DNA from: an uncultured delta proteobacterium
GTDB taxonomy: Bacteria; Desulfobacterota; Desulfobacteria; Desulfobacterales; UBA2156
NCBI GenBank assembly: GCA_963736855.1
Contig: CAVTQK010000021.1
Coordinates: forward strand, 352,001 to 416,000
Direction of reading: 5' to 3'
DNA length: 64,000 bases
Shown here piece by piece: positions 49,757 through 62,087 of the stretch. Within the stretch, counting starts at the first letter, position 1; each line of letters begins with the position of its first letter. A program made the position numbers and the translations under genes. The notes under the pieces were generated by a model. The model did no database searches. It was given only the letters and a program-made list of their open reading frames with translations, and was not told the origin of the DNA.

Positions 49757-51820
49757 ATGACAGAGAACTTGAGAAACATTGCGTTGGTGGGTCACGGCGG
49801 ATCCGGTAAAACCTCTTTGGCGGAGATCATACTTTTCACCGCCGGAGTTCTCTCTCGACTGGGGCGCGTGGAAGACGGGAACACGGCAATGGACTTCGAA
49901 CCCGAGGAATTGAAACGCCGCTCCAGCATGAGCAGTGCGTTTCATCAGTACCACTGGGCAAAGAAAGTCGTCAATATTATTGATACTCCGGGAGATCAAA
50001 ACTTTTTTGCCGATACCCGAAACTGCATCCTGGCGGCTGATGCAGCCCTTCTGGTTATTGATGCGGTGGACGGCGTAAAAGTTCAGACTGAACTGGCCTG
50101 GGACCTTGCCTCGGAATTTCATCTTCCCTGTGCCATCTTTGTCAACAAATTGGATCGGGAGCGGGCCGATTTCATCCGGGTCTTTGAAGGCATATCCGAC
50201 GCCTTTTCCCCCAAACCCATCCTTCTGCAACTGCCCATCGGTTCCGAAGCCCAATTCAACGGTGTCGTAGACCTGGTTCAGATGAAAGCCTTTTCTTACG
50301 ATCCGGAAGGAAAAAGAAAAGAAACCCCCATACCGGAAACTATGAAGGATCAGGCTAAAAAGGCCCGGGAGAACCTGATTGAAGCCATTGCGGAAGCCGA
50401 CGACGCCCTTCTGGAACGGTACCTGGAAGGAGAAATGCCGACGGATGACGAAATCCGCACGGCCCTGAAAAAAGGACTGGTTTCCAGGGTCATCGTACCG
50501 GTCTTCTGTGGCAGTGCCACGAAACGGATCGGAATCGATCGGCTGATGGACATGATCTCGGAATACTTCCCCTCACCGATAGACCGCGGCGCCTGGACGG
50601 GGATTCATCCGGATAGCAAAGAAATCGTGGAACGGATTCCTGATCCGGAAGCTCCTTTTTCCGGACTGGTCTTCAAGACCGTTACCGACCCTTACTACGG
50701 CCGCCTCTCCATTTTTCGGGTGGTTTCCGGCTCTATCGGTGGGGACGGCACTTTTTTCAATGTGAACAAAAGGGCCAAAGAGCGCTATACTCAACTGCTT
50801 CAGTTGGCGGGAAGGGAACAGAAACCGATTACCGGAGCAGGGTCTGGAGCTATTGTTGCCGTAGCCAAGCTTAAAGAGACCGGCACCGGCGACACCCTGT
50901 GTAACGAGGCCCAAAAGATTCAATATCCATCCGTGGAGCCGCCGACTCCCCTCACTTCTTTTGCCGTAAAACCGAAATCCACAGGCGACGAGGATAAGGT
51001 ATACAGCTCCCTGGTGCGGCTCACCGAAGAGGACGTGGGACTTCAATTGACCCGTAATTCCGAAACCAAGGAGATCCTTATATCAGGGGCGGGACAGGTC
51101 CATATCGAGGCTACTGTAGAAAAGATCAAGCGGAAGTTTGGCGTGGAAGTGGTTCTGGAACTGCCCAAGATTCCCTACCGGGAGACCATCAAGAAAAAGA
51201 TTCGGGTTCAGGGGAGGCATAAAAAACAGACGGGTGGACACGGTCAGTTCGGAGACTGCTGGATCCAGCTGGAACCGCTTCCCAGGGGTGGCGGTTTTGA
51301 ATTTGTGGATGCCATCGTCGGCGGTTCCATCCCCCGGCAATACATCCCTGCCGTTGAAAAAGGGATCGTGGAGTCGCGCCAGAGGGGCGTTCTGGCCGGG
51401 TTCCCGTGCATCGATTTCAGGGTAATCCTAGACGACGGATCCTATCACGCCGTCGATTCCTCGGAAATGGCATTTAAAATTGCCGGTTCTCTGGCCTTCC
51501 GAAAGGCTGCAGAACAGGCCCAGCCGGTCCTCCTGGAACCGATCATGGAGGTCACCATCATCGCCCCGGATGAATACATGGGGGATATCATGGGAAACCT
51601 GAACAGCCGTCGGGGCAGGGTCCTGGGAATGGACTCCAAAGGGAAGCACCAAGCCATTCGGGCCCATGTTCCCATGGCGGAGTTTCAGACATACGCCCCG
51701 GACCTCAACTCCATGACCGGCGGCCGAGGAACCTACACGATGAAATTCTCCCATTACGACGAGATACCGGCCCAGTTGGCCCAAAAAATCGTGGAGAAGG
51801 CCAAAAAAGAGGCCGAATAA
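49757..51820 (+). CDS. fusA: Elongation factor G paralogue (EF-G2-like)
   Basis: GHGGSGKT, NKLD, KKQTGGHGQFG, DSSEMAFK; divergent switch I and DTPGD. Confidence 0.9.
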   Translation: MTENLRNIALVGHGGSGKTSLAEIILFTAGVLSRLGRVEDGNTAMDFEPEELKRRSSMSSAFHQYHWAKKVVNIIDTPGDQNFFADTRNCILAADAALLVIDAVDGVKVQTELAWDLASEFHLPCAIFVNKLDRERADFIRVFEGISDAFSPKPILLQLPIGSEAQFNGVVDLVQMKAFSYDPEGKRKETPIPETMKDQAKKARENLIEAIAEADDALLERYLEGEMPTDDEIRTALKKGLVSRVIVPVFCGSATKRIGIDRLMDMISEYFPSPIDRGAWTGIHPDSKEIVERIPDPEAPFSGLVFKTVTDPYYGRLSIFRVVSGSIGGDGTFFNVNKRAKERYTQLLQLAGREQKPITGAGSGAIVAVAKLKETGTGDTLCNEAQKIQYPSVEPPTPLTSFAVKPKSTGDEDKVYSSLVRLTEEDVGLQLTRNSETKEILISGAGQVHIEATVEKIKRKFGVEVVLELPKIPYRETIKKKIRVQGRHKKQTGGHGQFGDCWIQLEPLPRGGGFEFVDAIVGGSIPRQYIPAVEKGIVESRQRGVLAGFPCIDFRVILDDGSYHAVDSSEMAFKIAGSLAFRKAAEQAQPVLLEPIMEVTIIAPDEYMGDIMGNLNSRRGRVLGMDSKGKHQAIRAHVPMAEFQTYAPDLNSMTGGRGTYTMKFSHYDEIPAQLAQKIVEKAKKEAE

Positions 51821-51827
51821 GTCAGGA

Positions 51828-52466
51828 TTAGGGGGACATGCAACAGGATGCCGGGGCGTAACCTTCCCAGAAGGGATCCCATATCCGGGTAAAAACCACG
51901 TAGTTTTTCGGATATATTTCTTTTGCCTTCGGACAGTCAGGCAAATGAAATCGCATGGAAGACCGGTTTCCGATATATATTTTCGCCCTTTCCTGCAGGT
52001 CTTTCCAGATTCCTCTTTTTGCAGTCATCGCCCGCCGCTGGGCTGCAAGAAAAAATTCGATCCGGTCAAGATTGGGCGGTTGATACAGCAGATGGGCAAA
52101 ACCGGCCTCTAATAAGGCTGCGTTGATCAGGGTTTCGTCCGGCAGATATACGTAGGCCAGCCATCGACCGTAGCGATCCGATGCCTCTTTGTCAAAGACC
52201 AGCCGAACCCTCTTTCCCGATACCAGGTTCCTATTGAACGCCGCAGCCTCTTCTCCCAGGGGCTCCCCTTTTTGATCCCCCCTTTTGACCTCCGGGGCGT
52301 CGATGCCGATGTAGCGGACATGTTTGCCGTTTTCGAGCAATACGGTATCCCCATCATCCACCCAACGGACTCGGAAGATCTCCTGAGAAATGGCGGCCGA
52401 TACTCCGGCATGAATCCCGGAAGCCATCAGGAGAAATATCAGAAGCCCCTGTAAAACCCTCGCCAC
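51828..52466 (-). CDS. Exported thermonuclease (SNase) with Ada-like metal-binding tail
   Basis: Signal peptide; DGDT, VRYIGIDAPE, DRYGRWLAYV; YIGN..S..FHLPDC...GY.P. Confidence 0.9.
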   Translation of the reverse strand: MARVLQGLLIFLLMASGIHAGVSAAISQEIFRVRWVDDGDTVLLENGKHVRYIGIDAPEVKRGDQKGEPLGEEAAAFNRNLVSGKRVRLVFDKEASDRYGRWLAYVYLPDETLINAALLEAGFAHLLYQPPNLDRIEFFLAAQRRAMTAKRGIWKDLQERAKIYIGNRSSMRFHLPDCPKAKEIYPKNYVVFTRIWDPFWEGYAPASCCMSP

Positions 52467-52481
52467 CCCCTTCCCTTCCTT

Positions 52482-53582
52482 TCACCCTTCCCTCAGGCCG
52501 CACTTTTTAATAGCGGCCTCGTCCAGCATCCGTTTCACCCCCCCTCCCCGTGGCGGAATCCTTCCCAATGCCTTTTCCCACACCTCATCGTCCTCCATGC
52601 AGAAATAAAGGGTAACCTCCGGAGCCTTCTCCCGGATCCGGGAGGCGATTTCCCGGTAGAGCCGGATCCGGAGCGGTTTGAAGTACCGCATCTTTCCGTC
52701 CATGCCCCGGATGAATTCTCCATATATCAGCTTCGAATGGGGGTGTCGCATCCGGATGATCGTTTTCAATTCCGGTTGGAACCGAAAGGCCCCGAGGCTG
52801 ATCCAGACGATGTTTTGAGGATCAACCGATGCGAAGAGCCGATCCACAACCGCGGCATATTCGGCCTCGCACCCCTCGTAGATCACCATCGGGTCAAAGT
52901 GAAACGCCAGTGGATACCCTTCTTTCTGGCAGAGAACTGCAGCGGCAAGCCTTGCCGAAAGATCCGCACTCCCCTGCTCTTCAGTTTCGATAACCCGCGG
53001 GGTGTTAAGAGACCAGGCGACAACGGTCTTGCGGTTGTGGTGCAGACCCTGTAAGGTGGACACGTCCGCGGTCTTGGTCTTTAGCTCAAGGATGCAGGAA
53101 GATTGTTCCGAAAAGCTCGGAACCAACACCCGGGAAAGATCGGTCCACCGGTCCCAGATGAGGCTGTCCGTGAACTCACCGGTCCCGATCCTTTGGATTA
53201 AGCGTGTCGCAAATAGGCTTTTCAATTCGGCCATCAGATCCTCTTGATTCACGAAGAATTGGAGCACCGGAGGGTGGAAATAGGCCTGAAGGATGCAGTA
53301 GGAACAGTCCATCGTGCAGTAGGTCCCTACATGAAGGATCCGGTATCCACAACAGGTATACCCCCGGGTTCCCGGGCAGGGCCTGAGAAACGTTCCTTTA
53401 TTGTGCGTCAGGATGAGAACGCTCTTTCCCTTTGCAATGGGGTCCGGTGCCTTCATGATGTCGGCATAGGCTTGCCGCACGTCGGTAATGATCTGATGGG
53501 AAACGGTCAGTTTCGACAGGATATGATGGACTCGAAGCAGGTTCTTAACGGATTCATGGACATAAAGAGCGGAGACAGACAT
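52482..53582 (-). CDS. Spore photoproduct lyase-like radical SAM protein
   Basis: CTMDCSYCILQ, RIGTGEFTDS, LELKTK, AWSLN, FHFDP, YFCME. Confidence 0.85.
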   Translation of the reverse strand: MSVSALYVHESVKNLLRVHHILSKLTVSHQIITDVRQAYADIMKAPDPIAKGKSVLILTHNKGTFLRPCPGTRGYTCCGYRILHVGTYCTMDCSYCILQAYFHPPVLQFFVNQEDLMAELKSLFATRLIQRIGTGEFTDSLIWDRWTDLSRVLVPSFSEQSSCILELKTKTADVSTLQGLHHNRKTVVAWSLNTPRVIETEEQGSADLSARLAAAVLCQKEGYPLAFHFDPMVIYEGCEAEYAAVVDRLFASVDPQNIVWISLGAFRFQPELKTIIRMRHPHSKLIYGEFIRGMDGKMRYFKPLRIRLYREIASRIREKAPEVTLYFCMEDDEVWEKALGRIPPRGGGVKRMLDEAAIKKCGLREG

Positions 53583-53822
53583 CTAAGCCTCGCAACCCAT
53601 GATGAAAAAGGGGCGGTCACCGATGCGGAGGCATCGCAGCGCCCCAAGTATTCATGGACCTTACGGAAAAGGGCTGCAAGCGTCAAGGGCAAAAGGGGGG
53701 ATCATGTCAGGCCTGTGAAATTCACATCCAGCTTGGCCTGAAACTTTTCGATGCGCTTAAAGATCTCCTTGAAATCGCCAATCCATTCATCCGTCACGAA
53801 ATCAAGCTCCGTTAGACTTATC

Positions 53823-54452
53823 TCAGGCTCGGATGCCGCGCCAGAATATTTCAAAGGCCAAATCCAAAGTCGGTTTCAGGTAGTCTTTTCCGTTGTCGAT
53901 GATCTTTTTACTTTCTTCCCAAAGGACTATTCCGGAAAAAAGCGCCCAAAGCGAGTCGGCCATCGCGGTCGGATGGCGCTCGATGAAAAGCTTTTGTTTG
54001 ATTCCTTCATCGAATACGCTGGCCATGGCCCTGAGGGATTTACTCGATAACGCTTTGATCTCCGCAATCAGTTCGTCGGAAAGATTCTTGAGTGTTTCAC
54101 TGGATTGCAAATGAAACATATTGATCAGGACCAGTGGATCGAAATCATACACATCATACAGGGCCTGTTTGAGGATTTGATACTTCTTTTCAATGGAGAG
54201 ATTTCGGTCTTTGCTCAGTTTCTCAAGTCGAATATTTAAAAAATGAAGCATCCTCAGGGACAAAGAGGCAAAGAGTTCGTCTTTGTTCCTGAAATACAGG
54301 TAAAGGGTTCCGGGGCTAAGTTCTGCCTCCGTGGCGATATCCTCCATGGTGCTCTTATTGAAGCCTTTGGCGCTGAAGACGCGTAAGGCTGCCAATATGA
54401 TCTGCTGTCGCCTTCGCTCCCTTTCCCGCTCCTTTCGTTCCTGTATTCCCAT
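53823..54452 (-). CDS. TetR/AcrR family regulator
   Basis: [30 protein letters not shown]; start taken at MGIQERK (54452). Confidence 0.92.
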   Translation of the reverse strand: MGIQERKERERERRRQQIILAALRVFSAKGFNKSTMEDIATEAELSPGTLYLYFRNKDELFASLSLRMLHFLNIRLEKLSKDRNLSIEKKYQILKQALYDVYDFDPLVLINMFHLQSSETLKNLSDELIAEIKALSSKSLRAMASVFDEGIKQKLFIERHPTAMADSLWALFSGIVLWEESKKIIDNGKDYLKPTLDLAFEIFWRGIRA

Positions 54453-54465
54453 AATATATTGAATT

Positions 54466-54514
54466 ACATTTAGTCGTTTGAATGTCCTATATTTCCTGTT
54501 TTCCATTTGGTCAA
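54466..54514 (-). promoter_or_regulatory. Putative tetR promoter and operator
   Basis: Minus strand TTGACC-N17-TATAGG (54514-54486) followed by inverted repeat ACATTTA-N6-TGAATGT (54466-54485). Confidence 0.45.
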
Positions 54515-54692
54515 GAAAAAAATATATATAGTTGGAGTTGTCAAGGGGGCGGAACCGGTCTATGGTGACGTTCGAGCAGCCCCCTGTTTCATCCGAAAAG
54601 AGCCTGTTTTTCATGCCATTTGAAACGCTGCCCGCAAGTGTGCGCAACGGGATTCTTTTATGGATCGGTGATCTCGGTACGGATGACGTCCG

Positions 54693-55685
54693 TTATTGAT
54701 CCAGAAACGCTTTGAAATCCGGATCGTTCAGGATCCGGTCGATGGCGGCTTTTCGTGCTGAAAGAGTGTCGAGGTTGTTGAACTGCAGGGTGAGGGAATA
54801 AGTGGGCTTTTCGAAATCCCGGGGATGCGATAGAAAAACGCCGACCCCGAGTTTCAGTTTTTTGATGCACTTCTTGAAAGCTTCCTCTCTTTCCGCAAGG
54901 TACGGAAAACGCCGTTTTTTCAGATAAGACCGGACTCCGAGGCTCTTTTGAACCCGGTCTGATTGGGAGTCGTTCAGGACTTCTTCAAAAGCCGGTTCCT
55001 TCAAGAGGTCCGCAAGGGGAAGATCTTCCCGTCCGGCGATTTCCGTAGCCCATAGGATGGTTTCCCGCTGCTGGCTGAAACCCATCTTCAACCGGTCGAA
55101 AAGTGCAGTCAGGGCCACGGCTCCCTTTGAATCTAAATCCGCCAGGTCCATTGCCACCGGTAAGGTGATAAAGCCCTCTGCAACGGCTTCCTGCACCGGG
55201 TGCGGGAGCCGGCCTAATGTGATCAGTTTCTCGACCATGGCCGGATGTAGTGGAAACCCTGCAAGAGTGGATGCTTCCGCCAGCGCTGTGTGGTCCGGGT
55301 GAATCCGGGAAAAAAGTGTCACGATCCGTGAGGCTTCCAGAGGATTGAGGGGGCACTGAAAGGCGTTATCCGTCACAGCCAATCGGATGCAGTGGGATTC
55401 ATCTATATCCCGTGAAACCACCCGTGCGGGAATCCGGGAAAACCCTATTTGCCGACAAGCCTCAATCCTTCGGAATCCGCTGATAATACTAAACGTTGAT
55501 CCTTTCTCCCTCAGGATGGGAAGGTTGATCAGCCCGCAGGATCGGATGGAGGCCGTCAGATCGTCGGTGCAGGGACGGGTAGTGATCCGGAAGGTCTCTT
55601 CACCGAAATCGATCTTTTCGATGGGGACATCGGATTCAGTCCATATGCCGACTTTCGGAAGGCGCGGTTTCAAATCAGGCCTCAA
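54693..55685 (-). CDS. ParB/Srx N-terminal domain protein
   Basis: [29 protein letters not shown]; helical C-terminus; start uncertain. Confidence 0.8.
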   Translation of the reverse strand: MRPDLKPRLPKVGIWTESDVPIEKIDFGEETFRITTRPCTDDLTASIRSCGLINLPILREKGSTFSIISGFRRIEACRQIGFSRIPARVVSRDIDESHCIRLAVTDNAFQCPLNPLEASRIVTLFSRIHPDHTALAEASTLAGFPLHPAMVEKLITLGRLPHPVQEAVAEGFITLPVAMDLADLDSKGAVALTALFDRLKMGFSQQRETILWATEIAGREDLPLADLLKEPAFEEVLNDSQSDRVQKSLGVRSYLKKRRFPYLAEREEAFKKCIKKLKLGVGVFLSHPRDFEKPTYSLTLQFNNLDTLSARKAAIDRILNDPDFKAFLDQ

Positions 55686-56571
55686 GGGATTCCCCGGTCA
55701 GTTGTTGGAGGGCTTCGAGGTACTTATCCCGGGTTTTTTCGATCACTTCCCTGGGAAGGGATGGGCCGGGAGGCTTTTTATTGAACCGGACGGAAAGCAG
55801 GTAATCCCTCAAATATTGTTTGTCGAAGCTTTGCTGGGGTTTTCCGGGGCGATAGGCGGCTTTGGGCCAGAATCTCGAGGAGTCCGGCGTCAACACTTCG
55901 TCGATGAGGATGAGCCTGCCGTCCAGAAGCCCGAACTCGAACTTGGTGTCTGCGATGAGGATCCCCTTTTTTTCCGCCAGATCCGTCCCCTTCCGGTAAA
56001 GGGCAAAGCTTAGGTCCCGGACTTTTTCGGCCACCCCCCTTCCGATCCGCCGGGCTGTTTCTTCGAAATCGATATTGATATCGTGCAAACCGATTTCCTC
56101 CTTGGTGGAAGGGGTGAAAATAGGCTCCGGCAGGCGATCCGATTCTTTCAACCCTTCGCGGAGGCGGATGCCGCAGACGGCGCCGGTTTCCTGGTAGGCC
56201 TTCCATCCGGATCCGCTGATGTAACCGCGCACCACGCATTCGACGGGAAGGGGATCTGCCTTTTTAACGAGCATGCTCCGGCCCCTTAAGATTGCGGAAT
56301 AGGGTCGGCAGGAGACGGGATACGCTGCGACGTCGGAAGTGATCAGATGGTTATCGACGATGGGCGCCAGGGTCTTGAACCAGAAAAGGGAAATCCGGGT
56401 TAAAATCTTTCCCTTGTCCGGAATCGGGTCGGGCATGATCACATCGAAAGCCGAAATACGGTCCGTCGCCACCATGAGGAGGGCGTCGCCCAGATCGTAG
56501 ATATCCCGGACTTTCCCCTTTTTCATGAGCCTTAAATCCGTAAAATCGGTTTCAAAAACTGTTTTTTTCAT
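55675..56571 (-). CDS. purC: SAICAR synthetase
   Basis: [38 protein letters not shown]. Confidence 0.97.
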   Translation of the reverse strand: MKKTVFETDFTDLRLMKKGKVRDIYDLGDALLMVATDRISAFDVIMPDPIPDKGKILTRISLFWFKTLAPIVDNHLITSDVAAYPVSCRPYSAILRGRSMLVKKADPLPVECVVRGYISGSGWKAYQETGAVCGIRLREGLKESDRLPEPIFTPSTKEEIGLHDINIDFEETARRIGRGVAEKVRDLSFALYRKGTDLAEKKGILIADTKFEFGLLDGRLILIDEVLTPDSSRFWPKAAYRPGKPQQSFDKQYLRDYLLSVRFNKKPPGPSLPREVIEKTRDKYLEALQQLTGESLEA

Positions 56572-56608
56572 ATCGCTCTCCTTAAGGATTTCAGACAAAG
56601 GATTTTTT

Positions 56609-57088
56609 TTACAGGGGAATGATTTTTCCGGTGACGCCTTCGCCTAGCTCGAGGATTCCCACGGAACGGCCTGAACGGAAAAAGAGGCTTCCGTAATAAG
56701 CCCCCGGATTGAACATGAGTATCCCCTCCTGGATGTGGTTGGCCGGCTGATGGCTGTGGCCGTAAACGATGACATTCACCCGGTCGAAGCGGGTCCGCAC
56801 ACGCTCCTCCAGTCCCTTTCCCGGCCCCCAGCCGTGGGTCAACCCGATCCGGAACCCGCCCACTTCGATCACTTCCCGGTCTTTCAGGCGGTTGGCTACC
56901 TCAAAGCGGTCCATGTTCCCGCACACAGCCACCACTTCTTTATCCCAAAACGCATCCAGGACCGCCAGGTGTGTCAAATCCCCGGCGTGGAGAATCATTT
57001 CGACCTCTCCGAACACGGTCTTTGCCGTATGAATCAGCGCTTCGTCGGCATGTTGCATGTGCGTGTCCGAAATGACTCCGATCTTCAT
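56609..57088 (-). CDS. YfcE-like metallophosphoesterase
   Basis: SDTH, HAGD, GNMD, THG, GHSH, NPG. Confidence 0.9.
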   Translation of the reverse strand: MKIGVISDTHMQHADEALIHTAKTVFGEVEMILHAGDLTHLAVLDAFWDKEVVAVCGNMDRFEVANRLKDREVIEVGGFRIGLTHGWGPGKGLEERVRTRFDRVNVIVYGHSHQPANHIQEGILMFNPGAYYGSLFFRSGRSVGILELGEGVTGKIIPL

Positions 57089-57112
57089 GTTTCCTCCCGT
57101 CCAATGTCCGCC

Positions 57113-57191
57113 TTTATCCCGATTGTTCTTGAAATGTCAACACGCAAAGCCGAACCGCACGGTTGACAAATTCAATTGGGCAGGGGATAAA
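57113..57191. promoter_or_regulatory. Divergent promoter region
   Basis: TGTCAA 57135-57140 and TTGACA 57163-57168 back to back, each followed by GGGATAAA on its own strand. Confidence 0.45.
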
Positions 57192-57298
57192 TGCCAATTC
57201 AAGAGGACAAGGGTTCATGGAGCAGCATGAAATGAAAAAGGATCGAATACCTGTAGGCTTTCAGGCCGTTTAAAATCGTTGGATCGAATTTTTTTTGA

Positions 57299-58246
<948 letters not shown>

Positions 58247-58253
58247 GAATTCA

Positions 58254-60086
58254 TCAGTCTTTATTCAGAGCTTCCAGGACAGCCCGGGCGATTTTCAGTG
58301 TCATGGAGGGAAGGCCGGAGAGTTCTTCCGCCGTCGCATTTCGAATCTTGTCGATACCCCCGAAATGAGTCAGCAGGATTCGCTTGCGTATATCCCCGAT
58401 ACCGGGAACGGCATCCAGTGTCGAGGCCAATGCCAGGGTCTTTCGTTTTTTCCGATGAAACATCACGGCGAAACGGTGGGCTTCATCCCGAATGCGCTCG
58501 AGCAGGCGCAGTAGGTCCATTTCCCGTCCAAAATGTACAGAATCGGCCCGATTCAGGGTGTAAATCTTGTCCTCTGGCTCTCTTTTTTTTCGATCCCTCT
58601 TGGCGATGGCGACCATCGAAAAGGCGTTTTCAAGGCCCAGATCCCGGGAAACGGCGGCGGCCACATTCAACTGCCCTTTTCCGCCGTCCACCATCAGCAG
58701 ATCCGGAAGATCTTTTTCCTGGGCTTCCCTAAAACGTCGCCGCAGCACTTCTTCCATAAAGGCGTAGTCGTCTGTATTATCGATAGTTCGGATCCGGTAG
58801 TGCCGGTATTCGGAAGGCTTCGGGACCCCTTTTTCGAAAACCACGAGACTCGCTACCGGCTCCACTCCGAATGTGGTGGAATTGTCGATGCACTCGATGC
58901 GATTGGGGAAACGAGGCAGAGCCAAGCGCCGCTTCAGCCTCAATAGCCGATCCAGGTCGGAAGCGGCGGCATTGGCTACCGTCTTGAGGTGGTTTTCAGC
59001 GTTTTGAATGGCGATGGCAGTCAGCCGTGCTTTTTCCCCGCGATGCGGCGATATAACGTGCACCCGTCTCCCCCTGGCAGCCGAAAGGGCCTCCTGGATC
59101 AAATCACCCCCTTCCAGTGCAGCCGCCGTCAAAACCTCCTCCGGAATGAAGTGCCCTTTCTCATAATATCCGCGAATGAAGGAGCTTAAAGCCTCCGCAT
59201 CTGTTGCCAGGGTCTGGTTAAAATCGAAATGCTGAATCCCCAAAAGGAACCCACCCCGGATGTGAAGACGGGTCATCACCGCCAGATCCGGGATCCGGGC
59301 AATGGCAAACACATCCCGATCCTTGAAGTCAGTGCAGACCGAGACCTGTTTTTCCATAGTCCGCTTCAGGGCGAACACCTTGTCCCGGAGGGCGGCCGCC
59401 TCTTCAAATTCAAAGCGTTGGGATGCGGCCTGCATCTCTTCTTCGATCATGGTGATGAGCTGAGGGGTGCGTCCCTTCAAGAATAAAACGACTTCATCCA
59501 CAATCTTCCGGTAGTCACGTTCCGGAATTTTTCCCGAGCAAAGGCCGAGACACTGGCCCAACTGGTAATTGAGGCAGGGCCGGGGTTTTTGTTTGAGGGG
59601 GTGTGTTTTACATTTTCGAAGCTTGAAGGTGCGGTGAATCACCTTCAGTGTTTCCCTCACGGCTTGTGCGGAAGCGTAGGGTCCGAAATACAAGGCCCCG
59701 TCCTTTTGGATGCGCCGGACGACCTCCAATACGGGATAAGGATCATTCAAATCCAATCGAAGCGATGGATAGCGTTTGTCATCCTTGAGAAAGAAATTGT
59801 AACGGGGACTGTATCGCCGGATGAGATTGGCTTCCAGGATGAAGGCTTCCTGTTCGGTTTCAGTGAGGATGGTCTCGAAGGACCGGATCTGCTTGACCAG
59901 CACCTCCGTCTTGGGATCGAACCGGGGGGAACTTGAAAAGTAGGTGGATACGCGTTTCCTGAGGCTGAGGGCCTTTCCGACGTAAAGAATCTCGCCGTTT
60001 TCCCCTTTCATGAGATAGACGCCGGGGGAATCCGGCAGTTGCGACACCCGCTCTTCCAAGGAAGTATCGCGCTGGGGTTCTACCAT
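58254..60086 (-). CDS. uvrC: Excinuclease ABC subunit C
   Basis: GIY-YIG PGVYLM...[20 protein letters not shown], HhH tail. Confidence 0.97.
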   Translation of the reverse strand: MVEPQRDTSLEERVSQLPDSPGVYLMKGENGEILYVGKALSLRKRVSTYFSSSPRFDPKTEVLVKQIRSFETILTETEQEAFILEANLIRRYSPRYNFFLKDDKRYPSLRLDLNDPYPVLEVVRRIQKDGALYFGPYASAQAVRETLKVIHRTFKLRKCKTHPLKQKPRPCLNYQLGQCLGLCSGKIPERDYRKIVDEVVLFLKGRTPQLITMIEEEMQAASQRFEFEEAAALRDKVFALKRTMEKQVSVCTDFKDRDVFAIARIPDLAVMTRLHIRGGFLLGIQHFDFNQTLATDAEALSSFIRGYYEKGHFIPEEVLTAAALEGGDLIQEALSAARGRRVHVISPHRGEKARLTAIAIQNAENHLKTVANAAASDLDRLLRLKRRLALPRFPNRIECIDNSTTFGVEPVASLVVFEKGVPKPSEYRHYRIRTIDNTDDYAFMEEVLRRRFREAQEKDLPDLLMVDGGKGQLNVAAAVSRDLGLENAFSMVAIAKRDRKKREPEDKIYTLNRADSVHFGREMDLLRLLERIRDEAHRFAVMFHRKKRKTLALASTLDAVPGIGDIRKRILLTHFGGIDKIRNATAEELSGLPSMTLKIARAVLEALNKD

Positions 60087-62074
60087 TCGAAAACCATGCG
60101 CTTTTTCAAATCCCGGATCCGGTCCCTCAGTTGGGCCGCCCTTTCGAAAGCCAGCTCCGCCGCTGCCTGTTTCATTTCGGTTTCCAGAGAGGCGATATGG
60201 GCTTCCAGGTCTTCCGGTTTTCCATAGTCGGCCGCAGGCTCACGGACCCGATCCACCGTGACGTAATCGGCTTCGTAGACCGACTCGAAAATGCGGCCGA
60301 TCTCTTTTTCCACGGTTTCGGGGGTGATGTGGTGCACCCGGTTATATTCAATTTGTATAGTCCGGCGCCGGGCAGTTTCCTCGATGGCTTCTTTCATGGA
60401 TTGGGTCATCTTATCGGCATAAAGGATGACTTTTCCCATCACGTTTCGGGCAGCCCGTCCGAAGGTCTGGATGAGGGAACGCCGGGAGCGTAAAAAACCC
60501 TCCTTGTCGGCATCGAGGATCACCACCAGAGAGACCTCGGGAATGTCCAATCCCTCCCGAAGCAGGTTGATACCCACGAGGACATCGAATTTTCCGATCC
60601 TCAACTCCCGGATGATCTCCATCCGATCAAGGGTGCTGATGTCCGAATGAAGGTATCGTACACGGATACCCAGGTCCGACAGGTATTCCGTGAGATCTTC
60701 CGCCATCCTTTTGGTCAGCGTCGTAACCAGGATGCGCGCGTCCTGATTCTTCCGCAGCAGGATCTCCTGGAACAGGTCATCCACCTGATTGCAGGCGCTT
60801 CTGACCTCCAACTCGGGGTCGGCAAGGCCTGTGGGACGCACGATCTGTTCCGCTACGGCATCCTCCGCCTGCAACAGCTCATAATCGGCCGGTGTGGCAG
60901 AGACATAAACCACCTGGGAAACCCGGGTATTGAATTCCTCGAAGGTTAGGGGCCGGTTGTCGAGAGCCGAAGGGAGGCGGAATCCATACGCCACCAGGGT
61001 TTCCTTACGGGACCGGTCACCCAGGTACATCCCCCGCAACTGAGGGACGGCGATATGGCTCTCATCGATGAACAGCAGGAAGTCCTTTGGAAAATAATCC
61101 AAAAGGGTGGGTGGTGGTTCCCCGGCCTTTCTTCCGGTAAAATGGCGGGAATAATTCTCGATGCCGGTGCAATATCCCAACTCGGCGATCATCTCGAGAT
61201 CGTATCGGGTCCGCTCATCGATCCGCTGGGCCTCGATGAGCTTTTCTTCCCTTCTGAATGCTTCGATCCGATCTTTCAGTTCCGTCTTGATAGCCTCGAT
61301 GGCCCTCAGGGCGCGGTTTTTCTCGGTTACATAATGGCTTGCCGGAAAGAGAGTCACTCTCTCAAGCCGTTTCTTGGTTACTCCCCGCAGGGGATCGATT
61401 TCGGCGATTCCTTCGATCTGGTCTCCGAAGAACTCGACCCGGATGGCCCGGTCCTCCTCGTAGGCAGGAAAGATTTCCACTCGATCCCCTCTCACCCGGA
61501 ACACGCCTCGATGAAAATCATAATCGTTGCGCGAGTAATGCATGGTCGCCAGATCGGATAGCAATCGATCCCGGGACAGGCTTACGCCGTTCATCAAGTC
61601 CACCCGCATGGCCAGGTAATCTTCAGGGGCCCCCAGGCCGAAGATGCACGAGACGCTTGCAACCACGATGACGTCACGCCGGGTCAGAACGGACCGTGTG
61701 GCTGAATGCCGGAGTTTGTCGATCATCTCGTTGATGGAGGAGTCTTTCTGAATATAGGTATCGGTGGATGGAATGTAGGCCTCGGGCTGGTAGTAATCGT
61801 AATAGCTTACGAAATATTCCACCGTGTTTTCCGGGAAAAAGCCTTTGAACTCGTGGTACAGTTGGGCGGCCAATGTCTTATTCGGGGCAATGACCAGAGT
61901 GGGCCTTTGAATGGCGGCAATGACATTGGCCATCGTGAAGGTTTTCCCCGACCCGGTCACCCCCAGCAGGACCTGATGCCGCTTCCCGGATGCAATGGAT
62001 CCGCAGAGGGAGGCAATGGCTTTGGGCTGGTCCCCTTTTGGGGTGAAATGGGAAGTCAGCTTGAATTCAGGCAT
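60080..62074 (-). CDS. uvrB: Excinuclease ABC subunit B
   Basis: [31 protein letters not shown]. Confidence 0.98.
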   Translation of the reverse strand: MPEFKLTSHFTPKGDQPKAIASLCGSIASGKRHQVLLGVTGSGKTFTMANVIAAIQRPTLVIAPNKTLAAQLYHEFKGFFPENTVEYFVSYYDYYQPEAYIPSTDTYIQKDSSINEMIDKLRHSATRSVLTRRDVIVVASVSCIFGLGAPEDYLAMRVDLMNGVSLSRDRLLSDLATMHYSRNDYDFHRGVFRVRGDRVEIFPAYEEDRAIRVEFFGDQIEGIAEIDPLRGVTKKRLERVTLFPASHYVTEKNRALRAIEAIKTELKDRIEAFRREEKLIEAQRIDERTRYDLEMIAELGYCTGIENYSRHFTGRKAGEPPPTLLDYFPKDFLLFIDESHIAVPQLRGMYLGDRSRKETLVAYGFRLPSALDNRPLTFEEFNTRVSQVVYVSATPADYELLQAEDAVAEQIVRPTGLADPELEVRSACNQVDDLFQEILLRKNQDARILVTTLTKRMAEDLTEYLSDLGIRVRYLHSDISTLDRMEIIRELRIGKFDVLVGINLLREGLDIPEVSLVVILDADKEGFLRSRRSLIQTFGRAARNVMGKVILYADKMTQSMKEAIEETARRRTIQIEYNRVHHITPETVEKEIGRIFESVYEADYVTVDRVREPAADYGKPEDLEAHIASLETEMKQAAAELAFERAAQLRDRIRDLKKRMVFEW

Positions 62075-62087
62075 GAGGGGGTGCGGA

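Noticed and set aside
53714..53726. Rex or CRP site
   Set aside because: Half-site spacing of 1 nt does not fit either consensus
16257..57185. KOPS (GGGNAGGG) polarity switch at dif
   Set aside because: Plus-strand copies occur on both sides (e.g. 39515, 43801, 50809, 55753); no clean switch by eye
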